Assembly: GCA_004431415.1 (NCBI GenBank)
Contig: QPMI01000453.1
Location: 372,001-436,000, forward strand
From: Cyanophora paradoxa CCMP329
Taxonomy: Eukaryota; Plantae; Glaucophyta
Direction: 5' to 3'
DNA: 64,000 nucleotides
Part shown: one piece after another, positions 47,001-58,267 of the stretch
Layout of the letters: each line of letters starts with the position of its first letter
Numbering within the stretch: the stretch's first letter is position 1
Translations under genes and position numbers: made by a program
The notes under the pieces: model-generated
Seen by the model: only the letters and a program-made list of their open reading frames with translations
The model's database searches: none
Told to the model about the DNA's origin: nothing

Positions 47001-50000
47001 ACGATCTCGATGCGGGCGCCGCGGCAGCACGCGACGAGCACGATGCCGTCGTCCCCCCACCCGACCTGGCGGGCGGCTCAGGACGGGTCGCGCTGCGACC
47101 CGATGGGCTAGCGAGGCGACCTGCTTGCGCTTGAGGACGTAGGCGGGGGGCACGTCGAGCTCCGACTCGCAGGGGATGACGGCGTGCAGGATGTCGCACT
47201 CCAGCGTGACCTGCGGCCGGGGGCGGGGCGGTGGTGGTGGGTGAGCAAGGCTAGCTAGCCAACCAAAGCCAAAGCCAAGCTAGGGCGGGGCGGGGCGGGG
47301 AGGTGGTGGTGGGTGAGCAAAGCCAAGGCCGAAGCTGAGGAGGGAAGCAGCGATAGTTTTGAGCGGATTTGACGGATTTGAACGGCCCCATGCTAGATTC
47401 ATACTTGGTCATTCGTGGCGGGGAGGTGGTGGTGGGTGAGCAAAGCTAGCCAACCAAAGCCAAAGCCAACCAACGCCAAGTGCGATTCTTCTGACGGCTT
47501 AAGCTTGTTTCTCACTCACCTCCAGGCCGGCGGTGCTCCGGATGAGCCGCATGAGCTCCTCGAAGGGACGCGTGATCGTCCGCCGCAGCCGCTGCGCACG
47601 GATCAGATCATCGAATCCTCTCGGTAAGGCGCGGGGGTAGGAGTTCGAGGCCCGGTCCGCTCTGGCCACCTAGGCCTTGGTGGCTAATTATATCGTGCGC
47701 CCCGTCTGGAGAGATCATAGAGACTGTATCCGCATCATCAAGCTCTGGCCGACCGGCCGCCCTAACGGCCGCCCTAACAACCGCCCACGCCCCGCGCGTC
47801 CCCATCCGACCAGGGGCGACGGACCAACCGCCCTCGCCTGGCCGTGCCCAGCCCAGCCCAGCCTAGCCTAGCCGAAGCTTCGGACCGCCTCAGAGCGGAC
47901 CTGGCGGACGTCGGCGAACTTGGGGTCGAAGATGCGCTGCTTCATGTTGGGCCGCGGCGGCGTCACGAAGTACACCAGCGTCGTCATGAACCGCGAGTAG
48001 ACAGCTGCGGGGGGCCGTCGTCAGCTCGGGATGCCGTCAGCGCGGATGGCGCGGCTCGCCCTTCATGTGGTGCGCGCGGATGGCGATGGTCGTCGATCCC
48101 GACGCGATCTGCGGTGCCGCGGGCAGTCGCGAGGTGAGGAAGGCGTGCCCCCAAAAGAAGAAGAAGAAGAGGCCACCCGCCCTAGCTAGCTCCACCCGAA
48201 CAAGAGGCCACCCGCCCTAGCAAGCCCCAAAGAGACGGCGGGCGCCGCTCCCTCTATCCCAGGCCGTCTTAGCCGTCCTAGCCGTCCTAGCCAGCCAGCC
48301 TCTGTCCGGAGGACGGACCTGGACGTCGATGGTGACGCGGGGCTGCTGCGGGTCGATCGCCGTCTCGAAGTAGCGGTCGCTCTGGGGCGAGGCGAAGAGA
48401 AGAGGCGTGAGGCCGGATAGAAGGAAAGATAGGAGGGCGGGCCGGCCGGTCGGTCGGAAGATGCGTGGGGCCGGATAGAAGGATAGAAAGATAGGAAGGG
48501 GGAGGGGCTACCTTCATGGGTGTGATGAGGACGGGCCAGTGGGTCGTGTACGTCAGGTCCCGGATCTCCACGCCCCCCAGCTCCGTGTGCAGCGCGACCT
48601 GCGGGGAAAATCGTTACGCGACTGGGCGGGGCGGGGCGGGAGGAGCGCCGGGAGAGACTGCGCATAAACCTGGAGCATAGAGCACCTTCTAACATCTTCT
48701 ATACTTCGACGCGGAGCTTCAAGCGTCTTCTAACATGATCTGACTTGGGGCGCGGGCAAGGCGCGGGCGCACGATGGTGGTGCGCGCGCCGCGGAGCTCG
48801 ACGGTGGTGCGGACGCGGCTGATCTCGATGCGGCAGAGGCGGTGGCGCGGGTCCCGCCCCGGCGTCCGCTCGAGCAGCGTCCCCAGCAGCGCCCGCAGCC
48901 GCCGCCAGCCCCGCGACGACGCGCCCTGCTCCCGCGCCGGCTGCGTGGAAGGCTCAGCAGGCGCCTATGAAGTAGTCTGGAGGGGGCCGGCCGCACTGTC
49001 ATGGACTGCGTGAAGGGCGCTCCAGGGGCGGCCGTCGAGCCGCGCCGCACGCCCGAGCTCGAGGCGAATACGTCGCGCCCAGGGGAGTGCGGGCCCTGCG
49101 TGTGCTGCAGGGGGCGTCAAAAGGGGGGGGGGGAGAATCAAGGGGGGTAGAGGAGGGGAGGACCTCGAAGGAGCCGCGGCGGGCGATGAGGCGCTTGCGG
49201 GGCCGCTCGAGCAGGAGGAAGGCGGCGGTACCCACGTGGAGCTGCACCCGCACCTGCGCCCGCCCGGAGAAGCATCAGAGCGCCCCGTTCGCGTTCTTAT
49301 TCTGAGCGGATTCTTCGGCGGGCGGGCGGGCGCGCCTTGACGACCGCAGCGCCCGGGACGGTCCCCGGGGCCCCCTCGACGAAGGACCCCTGGCGGTTGA
49401 TGCCGCGCCCCGCCCCGGCCCCGGCCCCGGCCCCGGCCCCCGTCCGCCGCTGCTGCAGCGCCACGAAGAACTCCTGCGCCGAAAAGGTGAGGATTAGGGG
49501 GGGGGGGGGGCAGGTGGGAGGCGGGCACGGGAGAGCTAATCCCGTAGCCCCCCTCCCACCTTCCCTCCCCCATTTTAAACCCGGGTAGCCGTGCGCACCG
49601 GGTAAATTACATCCTGAAGGTACTCCTGGAGCTCCTCCTCGGACATCCGGGCGGAGGGGTTCAGCTGCGGGGGGGGTACGAGGATCAGAGGATTAGAGGA
49701 AAGAAGGGGGGATGAAGCCGAGCCGACCTGGCGGAGCTTGCCCTCGACCAGCGCCGCCAGCTCCGCCTGCGGGCGTGCGTGCGTGCGGGCGCCGCTCAGC
49801 TCGGCGCGCGCTCGGCGAGGCGAGGCGAGAAGCAGAGGGGCGCAGGAGCCGGCTAGGCAGCTGGACGGGAGAGCCCGGGGCCTGGCCTAGACGGCCGGCC
49901 TGGCCTAGGGGCTAGGAGCTGGCCAGGCGGCTGGGCGGGAGAGAGAGCCCAAGGTCCAGACAGCCGAAGACAGCCGAAGGGCGCTCGGCTCGGAAGAAAG

Positions 50001-53000
50001 ACGGCTAGGCAGGAGCTGGGCGAGAGAGAGAGGGAGAGCCTAGGGCCTAGGCCTGGCCCAGCGAACGGACCTGGGAGTGGCACTCGGCGAGGAGGCGCTC
50101 CCGTTGCTCCTTGTCCATCAGCGTCAGCCGCCTCCCCTGTCCGAGGGCGTCAAAGGGCAGGAGGAGGAGGAGGAGGAGGGGGGGGGGGGGGGGGGGGGGG
50201 CAGGAAAGGGCCGCCCCGCCCGTACTCGCCTTTAACTTGGTGGAGGGCGGGCCGCCCTCCATGGAGGCCCGCCCGAGCCGCTGCTCCTGCTCCCGGTGCT
50301 GCGACTCCACGATCGCTTGCCTGCGGGGGAGCTCAGATGGTTCAGATGGCTCAGGTGATGGCGGGCCCCGCTCGGCTGAGCCGAAGGGGGGGGGGGGGGG
50401 CGCACGTGGCCTGGGATTTTTGGGAGGGGGCGGTCTGCAGGCTGCCCCCGCTGCCCGAGCTCGCGATCGAGCGCTTCTTGCCCTTGGCCAGGCCCAGCGT
50501 CAGCACGCCCTTGATCCTGCGGGCGGCTCAGACGGGGCGGCTCAGACGGTTCAGAAGGCTCAGACGCACTTCTTCCATGCGGAGCGGCGCTTGCGGCCGA
50601 CGGCGGCCTCGAAGGTGGCGAGGCCCTCCATGCGGTCCGCCCGCGCCAGCGAGAAGAGGCTGCCGGGGTGGAGGGGGGGGAGGGGGGGAAGTGAGGGGGT
50701 GGGGGGTAGAGCGTTCCGAGGGGGGCCGCAGGGGGTACCTGTCCAGCGCCGCGTTGCGCCCGTGCCGCTTCTGCATCCGCAGCACCTGGCGAGCGGGGCG
50801 TTCGATTCGACCTCGAATTTGAAGGGGGGGTGAAGCGGGAGGGGGGTACCTCGAGCTCGGCGATGTTGCGGTAGTAGATGACGTCGGGGTACGTGAGGAG
50901 GTCCTCCACCCGCTGGCACTGCGCCTGGCACTGCGGGGGAGGGCGGGCGGCTCGTCGGCTGGACACGACACCGGGCGGCAGGCGCGAGCGGCCGGGCGGG
51001 CCGGCAGTCCCGAGGGGGTAGTCCCCACTAGCGGCGCCCCGGGACGCACGCACGGCGGTCTAGCCAGCTATCCGGAGGTAGTCTGTCTGGCTATGGACGG
51101 AGGGGCGGGGCGGGGCGGGGCGGGGCGGGGCGCACGGCGGCGGCGGCGGCCTCGTTGCCGCGCTCCTCCTCGAGGAGCATGCGGGTGCGCCACTGGATGT
51201 ACTCGACGCGCACCGCCCGCCGCGTCGCGATCCGCTTCCACGAGAACCGCTTGAAGTCCTCCGCGATCGCCTCCCGCACGCTGGGGGCATTAAAATCACA
51301 TAGCGTCTTATAAGACTCTGAGAAAGAAAGATAACATAGTGTCTTATAAGACTCTAAGCATTAAAAGCCCTCCGCGATCGCCTCCCGCACGCTGGGGGCA
51401 TCGAAATCACAAGGCGTCTTATAAGACTCTGAGAAAGAAAGATAACATAGTGTCTTATAAGACTCTAAGCATTAAAAGCCCTCCGCGATCGCCTCCCGCA
51501 CGCTGGGGGCATTAAAATCACATAGCGTCTTATAAGACTCTGAGAAAGAAAGATAACATAGTGTCTTATAAGACTCTAAGCATTAAAAGCCCTCCGCGAT
51601 CGCCTCCCGCACGCTGGGGGCATTAAAATCACACGGCGTCTAAGTCTTAGAAGACTTAAAGAAAGCCCAACAAGCGATCGTCTCCCGCTCGCTAGGAGGG
51701 GGGTGAGGAGGAGTGAGGAGGAGGGGTGAGGAGGAGGAGTAGGGAGAGAGGTGAGGAGGAGGAGTAGGGAGAGAGGTGAGGAGGAGGGCAGAGGAGAGCA
51801 GTGGCATTAGGCGGGGCCTCACCTGAGGATGGCGTAGTTCCACCAGGCGCGCGCCGTGGCGCCTCCGTCGCGCTGCCACGCCTCCGTGAGCCGCGTGTGC
51901 GCCGCATCGGCCCACTTCTTCACGGGCGGGCGCTGCGGCCGCCGCTGCCGCTTCTTGTGGAACCTGCGAAAGAGCGGGCGGGCGGGCGGCGGTGGGTGAG
52001 CGGCGGAAGGGAGGGCGGGCGGTGAGTCGCTAAGAAAGAGAGAAAGAAAGATGGAAGCAGCAGGAGGGAGGGAGGACGCCGGCGGAGGACATGGGACGGT
52101 AAGAAGAGTCGCGCTCAGCTGCTAGATAGCTAGCTGGCTTCGATCTTCTTCTAGCTAGCAAGCTAGCTAGCTAGAAGAAAGAAAGACAGGACAGAGGAGA
52201 GGGGAGCGCACTGCTCGAACTTGGAGAAGAAGAGAGAAGCTAGCAAGCAAGCAAGCTAGCTAGCTAGCTAGCTAGATAGCTAGCTCGATCTCGGGCGGGG
52301 GAGAGCAAAAGACAGCTAGCTAGCTAGCTAGCTGGCTCGATCTCGGGCGATCTCTCTCTAGAACAAAGAAGAAGGGAGAGGGGCGCACTGCTCGAACTTG
52401 GAGAAGAATTCGCCGAGGGTGCGGGCGCCCTCCAGCTGGCTCGCGTCCACCGCCAGCTGCACCTCCAGGATATCCACGCGGGCGCTCACGTGCGGCACCC
52501 CGGCCACGCCCTCCTGCGGAGGAGACAGTGAGTACAAGGGAGGAGAGGAGAGGAGAGCGCTAGACGATCTATCTAGCCCGGCTCTGGCCGCCGTCTAGCC
52601 CAGCCGGCCCGCCCGGGGGCGAGCCTTCATGATGTCAACGTCCACGGTCATCTTGATCGGGTGGACGATGAACCGGCTCCGGTTCTGCGGGGGGGCGGGG
52701 GGGCGGGGGGCGGTGGTTCTTCAGCCTTGCAGCGGAAGCCTAGGGCGCGGGAGGGGGGGGGGGGGGGGGGCGAGCCTTCGGATCCAGCAAGGCACTCTCG
52801 GGCAGCTGCGGGAAGGAGGGGCGCGCGGAGGTCAGAAAGGGGGCGGGGCGGGCGGGGCGAAAGAGGGGCCCGGGCGGGCGGACCGAGGGCATGCGGATCA
52901 AATCGATCTTGTACTGGAGGAACCGCATCAGATCCGCCGGCGGCATCGCTGCGCCGCCGCCGCCGTCGGATTCATAGATAGGGGGGAGTGGAGGGGAAGG

Positions 53001-54922
53001 GGGGTACAGGAGAGGGGGAAGTAGAGCTGGTCGGCGTTCCAGTAGACGGCGAAGTTCTCGAGCTCCGCCACCTTCGCCACGTACTTGCCTGCGCGGGGGG
53101 GGGGGGGGGGAGGGGGGGAAAGAGGGGCACGGAGGGGGAGGGAGGTGAGAAGGAGAGGGAGCGGAAGCGAAGGAGGGGGGGAGGAGGGGAGGGGGGGGGG
53201 CTAAGCTAAGGGGCGGAAAGGCATGGCGGCAGAAGGGGGCGGGGCCGGGGGAGGGGAGTGGGGGAGAGGGGGGGGGGTAGAGCCCACCGGCGTACTGGGT
53301 GGCGACCTCGCGGGGAAGCGCTCCCATCCCGGGCCACGCCTGCCGGTCCCGGGCGTGAGCGGGGGGTACAGAGGCTAAGGAAGAGGGGGGTACGCACGGG
53401 TCCCTTGTGCGCCGCATCCACGTTGACGTCTGCCACGGGGGTACCGGCTCAGCGGAGCCGAAGTCATCGGGATCGGTCGGGCGCACTGTTTATGTTGAGG
53501 CCGCCCAGGACGATGCCGAGGATAAAGGGGTTCTGGGGGGGGGGGAGGGGGGGGATCGGGCGGCGCGGGGGTACGCAGTACGCAGGCGGGGTGCGCACGT
53601 CGGGCCTCGTGAAGCCGTCCTCGTAGCTGCGTGGGCCGGCGTGGGTCAGGAGTAGGGATACCTGAGGCGGCGGGGCGGGGCGGGGCGGGGCGGGGCGGGG
53701 CGGGGCGGTGGGACCCACCAGATGTGGATGTTCTGCGAAGGGGAGGGGAGAGGGCGTGAGCGCGGGCAGCCGGCGGGCGGGCGGGCGGGCAGGCGGGCGG
53801 GCGTGGCGAGGCCAGCGAGCTAGCTCAGGTGAGCGGCGCGGACCTTTATGAAGACCTGTATGTTCTCCACGATCTTCTGGACGATGGCGGGCATGGACTT
53901 GGCCTTGTCCTTCAGCGCCGCGGTCACCCCGCTCACCGCGTCTGGTCCCCGCGCGCGCGCGTGAGCTGCCGCGCGGAGCGTCCGGGGGCATGGAAGCACG
54001 CACCGCGCTTGAGCTTTCGGACGACCTCGTCCGCCTGGAGCTTGGAGCGCTGCACCTCGAGCTTCCGCAGGGCCTCCTGGCTCTCGTCCCACTGCGAAGC
54101 GGAGGACGCTCAGCGAAGCGAAGTGGGCGGCTGCGGGCGGCTGCGGGCGGCGCGGCGGGCGGGCGGGCATGCGGGCGGGCGGGCGGGCGGGCGCGCCTGC
54201 GTCTGGGGGCCTGCCACGAAGAAGAGGTCCTCGACGACCACATTGACGGGGTCCGTGAGCAGCTTGCTCCTGCGGCGCGCGGGCGCTCGGCGGGTCAGCC
54301 TGGCAGCCTGGCAGCGCCGCGCTCGCTCGGGAGGCGGCGGGGCGCCGGCGGCGTCCGCTCCGAGGCGCATTCATCTTCCCCAGCGGCGCTATCTCAAGAA
54401 CATCCGCCCCACCGCCCCGCTCCCGCCCCTTCAGTGCGTCGAGGGGCGCTCCGGAGCCCTCTCGCCCCGCGCCGCCGCCGCCGCCGAGCAGCACGAACCA
54501 CTTGACCTTGATCGAAACCTTCCCGACATGCCCGTGCTTGATTACGACCTGCGGGGCGTGAGTGCGGCGTCGCGGAAGTTCGCGTGCCGCATGCGAGCCG
54601 CGTCGCGCACGGGGAGGTTGTAGGCCTGGAGCGCGGTTGGGCGGAGCGAAAGGTTCTCGAGCTGGATGTTGCCTGCACCGCGGTGAGCGCGACGAGGCCC
54701 GAGCGCGCCGCGCTCGGCGATGCGGACCCTTGAACACGCCCAGCGAGATATCGCGGTCCTTGATGATGAAGAACTTGCCAAGCTGCTCGTCAAGGATCTT
54801 CCCGAGGAGCTGCGGGCGCGCGCAGAGTGAGATTGACGTATCGGCTGCGCAACTGATCTCCGGCAATGCGTGGCCTAGGCTGCGGTCCACGTGCGCTGTA
54901 ACTAGCGCACCTTCTCGAACAT
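35085..54922 (-). CDS. VPS13: VPS13 family bridge-like lipid transfer protein (multi-exon)
   Basis: Chorein-N: MFEK|LLGKILDEQLGKFF...GNIQLENLSLRPTAL...VVIKHGHVGKVSIKVKW...PVNVVVEDLF...KIVENIQVFIK|NIHICYED, then ARAWWNYAI. VAB-type repeats: IRAPLALENLLP and APLWVVNDTGLPL. Chorein-C/ATG2_C: LGNVEGAPLRLS...GIAGVVAEPVRGARDGGVAGFGAGLARGLVGLPGKPLGGLLD. Confidence 0.93.
51258..51641. repeat. 111-bp tandem repeat (~3.4 copies) containing a VPS13 3' splice site and exon start
   Basis: CTCCCGCACGCTGGGGGCAT recurs at 51271, 51382, 51493 and 51604. Confidence 0.93.
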
Positions 54923-55106
54923 TTCGCAGCGCGCTCGCGGCAAGAGCCGCGGCGCCGCTCTCCGGACAACCTAAGCTGCGAACGCAGTGACAGCCGTACC
55001 CCTGCTCTTTCCCTCTCGGACCCTCTGAACTGCGATTTCGCCTCCGTCGCGCCGTTCCGGAGTGTCTGGAAGGCTTTTACGGCACAGCGGTAGCGTTCCC
55101 ATCGGC
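54923..55106. promoter_or_regulatory. Putative bidirectional promoter between VPS13 and BORCS8
   Basis: Only 184 bp separate the divergent start codons (54922 and 55107). Confidence 0.6.
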
Positions 55107-55685
55107 ATGGACTCGCCGTCGTCCGCGCCCCGGCGCACGAGCAGCGGCGGGAGCGCCGCAATCGCCAGCGTCGGGCGCGACCTCCTCTCCGCCATCACGC
55201 GGCCCGAGCCGGACGTGGAGCTCCCGAAGCGCGTCACTCGCAGTGCGCAGCCCTGCCAACCATGCGCTTCTCACGGCGCCTGTCTGACCCGCCGCGCGCA
55301 TTCGATTCGCAGTGGTGGACCTCGTCTCAGAGGCTCTCGTCACGGGCGTGAACGAGCCTTCGACGGGCCTGTACTACGTGAAGGAGCACATCAAGAAGTC
55401 CGTGCCCACCATCGCGAAGCACAAGGTCCGTTCGAAGTCAGCGCGACGGCGGCCGGATCCAGAACGCGCGCGCTTGAGCTCACTCGGCGTTCCGCCGCCC
55501 GCCCCGTCGAGCAGGACAGCATCCGTGGCTCCGCAGAGCGCCTCGGAGAGGCCGCGCTGGACGTCCAAATGTCCCGAGAGGCGCTACAGGAGTACCAGAG
55601 GGGCTCGGCGCCTGTCCTGGCCTCCACCTACAAGAAGCTCGCGTCGTTGAACTTCCTCCTCCAGCAGCAGTGCGCAGTGATTTGA
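55107..55685 (+). CDS. BORCS8: BORC complex subunit 8 (MEF2BNB-like), 3 exons
   Basis: MDSPSS...KRVTR|MVDLVSEALVTGVNEPSTGLYYVKEHIKKSVPTIAKHK|DSIRGS...CAVI*. The NEPS-x-[GA]LY-x3-[EQ]H-x3-S-x-P motif is characteristic of BORCS8. Confidence 0.8.
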   Translation: MDSPSSAPRRTSSGGSAAIASVGRDLLSAITRPEPDVELPKRVTRSAQPCQPCASHGACLTRRAHSIRSGGPRLRGSRHGRERAFDGPVLREGAHQEVRAHHREAQGPFEVSATAAGSRTRALELTRRSAARPVEQDSIRGSAERLGEAALDVQMSREALQEYQRGSAPVLASTYKKLASLNFLLQQQCAVI

Positions 55686-56446
55686 TCCCTACATTTGATC
55701 CGCCCCGCGGCTCGAACCTCCGCCGCACGCAAAGTAATTTGATTGGATCCCCGGCCCGCAGCGTGGCGCCGGCGTCCTCGGGCAAGGGCCGCGGGACCGC
55801 CAAGTTTCCCGGCTGGGGCACGAATCCGGAGTAGCAGGCGGGCGACCCGCAAGCCCTTCAGATCGTCCCCCTTCCGGCAAGCCCGCAGCTGCCACGTCTT
55901 TGGCCCAGCTCTCGAAGATCGAAGAGCGGCCATCGTCATCATCACGGCCGCGGCGGCGCGGGAGAGGGGGTACAGGGGAGAGCCGCGAGCATTCGCTTGC
56001 GCTGAAAGCGCTTGCGCCAGCTCCTCCGGTTCCATCGATCGATCGATCCCCTTCCGCGAGCCCTCGACCGCCGCTGCGAGGGTGGACGTCACGCCCCTTT
56101 CGGCGCCAGCGAGAGCCCGCCGCCCTCCCAGTACCCCCCTCGCCCGCGCGCCGTATGGCCACTCCGCCGGGGAGGGCGCGGGGGCCGACCCCGGGCGCGG
56201 CTCCTCCCATGACCCCCGTCCGGCCCCCGCCCCTTCCATGACGGCGATGCTCCCGGACATCGCCACGTACCCCCGGGCCCGCGGGGCCCCCATTCGCCGT
56301 CTCTTTCCTCCTTCTCCAAGGCGGCCTACCCCCTTCCCCCCCCCCTCCCCCCCCCGCCCTTGTCTTCTTCCTCCCCGCCACTTCTCCCCCCCTCCCCCCC
56401 CCGCCCTCTTCCTCCCCGCCACTTCTCCCCCCCTCCACGTGTCCTT

Positions 56447-56478
<32 letters not shown>

Positions 56479-56509
56479 CTTGCTTATCGTACAATTCTTC
56501 TTTCCGGCG

Positions 56510-56865
56510 CCGCCGCGCCAAGGCCGCCGGGCCCGGCCGGCCCGCCGCCGGCGCCTGCACCCCGGGCCTCCTCCTTCGGGCCCCGCCGGCCCCGGCCCCG
56601 GCGGCCTCTGCCGCCTCTGGGGGAATCCCCGGGGCGGCCTACGGGGCCCACGGGGGCGAGGAGGAGGAGGACAACAGCGAGGGGGGGTCGCACGGGGCGG
56701 ACCCGTCGGGCCTGCGCGTGTGGGACGCGCGCTCGGCGGACTACAGCGCGCGGGCGGCCGTCTGCGCGCGGGAGGAGGACGCCGCCGCCGCCGCCCTCTG
56801 CCTGCGCGAGGCCCTCGCGGGCTTCTCCGCGTGGACCAGGGTCTAATTTTGCAGACCAGGCCAGA
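56510..56865 (+). pseudogene. Orphan diverged copy of the VPS13 3' end
   Basis: It encodes ...GAAYGAHGGEEEEDNSEGGSHGADPSGLRVWDARSADYSARAAVCAREEDAAAAALCLREALAGFSAWTRV*, an inverted match to ~35060-35415. Confidence 0.92.
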
Positions 56866-58267
56866 CATAGTCTTCCGAGCCACTTAGGTTTCCTCTAGAC
56901 CTACTAGGCTATCCAATCCATTTCGCGTGATTTGTGGGTCGCGCTTAAAGGCTTCGCGCTTCGTGCATCAGCTCATGATCAGCGGGGTCCCTCCGCAAAG
57001 GCCGCATACAAAGCTTTCCTCCCATACAAAGGCCGCAAAGGGTAAGCCTCCGATCGTAATTTGAAGGCCGCCATACAAATTAAATCGGCGTTCCTTCAGG
57101 CTTGTGAATGCAACAACTCGCAGTGCATCTGTACATTGTTAAGCCTCAAGTCCCCTTATAATTATTGTCTAGGGATGACATGGACTGAAGCCCAACAGAG
57201 TTTTATCTGACCTGCAGTGACCACACGCCCGATCCCGTGCCGGCTCTTAGGCAAGTAGTGCTTCACGTAGACCGCAGATATAGTCCGTATATTCGATCCG
57301 ACAGAGTTTCACCCTACGTAAGCAGACTCCCAGAATGTATGGCAGTCCTACTTTTTATACAGGGCCCTACACACAGCTAGCGTCCAAATGAAGCTTATGA
57401 GCCTCCTTGGAGGCCTATCATAAGCCGCCGTACGCGTACATTCATAATCAGTAATAATTTAAGCCATGAAGGCGGCAGAAGGCCCATGATTAGCGTATAC
57501 GTAGTAAATTTTTTGGCGTACGTGTGTGCTTGAAAAGCATTGAAAACCAATTAGCACCCACTGTTCGCCGACTGGGGTACTGTATCAGCTTTTAGCTAGT
57601 CGGCGGCGACTCATCATGGCATGCATAAGCATGCATTTGCATAAGCATATGCCATGATGCATGCTGCGACCGTGATATGCATGGCTGCTGACGACGTATG
57701 CATGGCTGCTTTCGGCTCCCTTGAGCCTTTTAATTTAATTTTAGCTTCCCGATTGCTTCCATGCTCTCGACTTCGAAAGAAAGACGCGCCTCAGGAGCGA
57801 ATTGTTCATTGTCTCGGCCTTCAAAAGGCTCCTCGTATCATCGAATGCGGATTGTTCGTGATCATTATGCACGAAAAACAGTACTGCCGAAAAACAAGAC
57901 CGGGCTAACGTATAACGCCGTTTGATCAATTCCTGAAGACCTGCAGCTCCTACATGATTGAAACTATAGCTAGGGAAGAGAAGAAGAGGACGAGGAAGTA
58001 CAGAGGGGGAGGCCTGAGCTTAGGCCGCTTCGAATTCGTGCCTGGCACGCGTGCCTCGCTCGCACTCGGTGTTCTATGCCGACTCTTAACCGTCCCGCCG
58101 GCCGGGCGCCGGGCGGCTGGCGCGCGCAGAGGGAGGGCCCGAGCCTGGCCAGCGCCGCCACCAGAAGGGGCAAGAAGAAGGGAGTCCTGGGCCTAAGCTA
58201 CGCAGAAGTACAGAGGGGTGGCCCTGAGCTCAGGCCTGTCCCGGGCTGCAGCTGGCGAGCGCCTTGG

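Noticed and set aside
53627-53718. Recursive splice site (CAG|GTAT) within a VPS13 intron
   Set aside because: The second piece would be only ~35 nt, so a chance match is as likely.
56980-57950. DNA transposon remnant (GGCCGCATACAAA repeats, GCATGCAT palindromes)
   Set aside because: No terminal inverted repeats, TSD or transposase could be identified.
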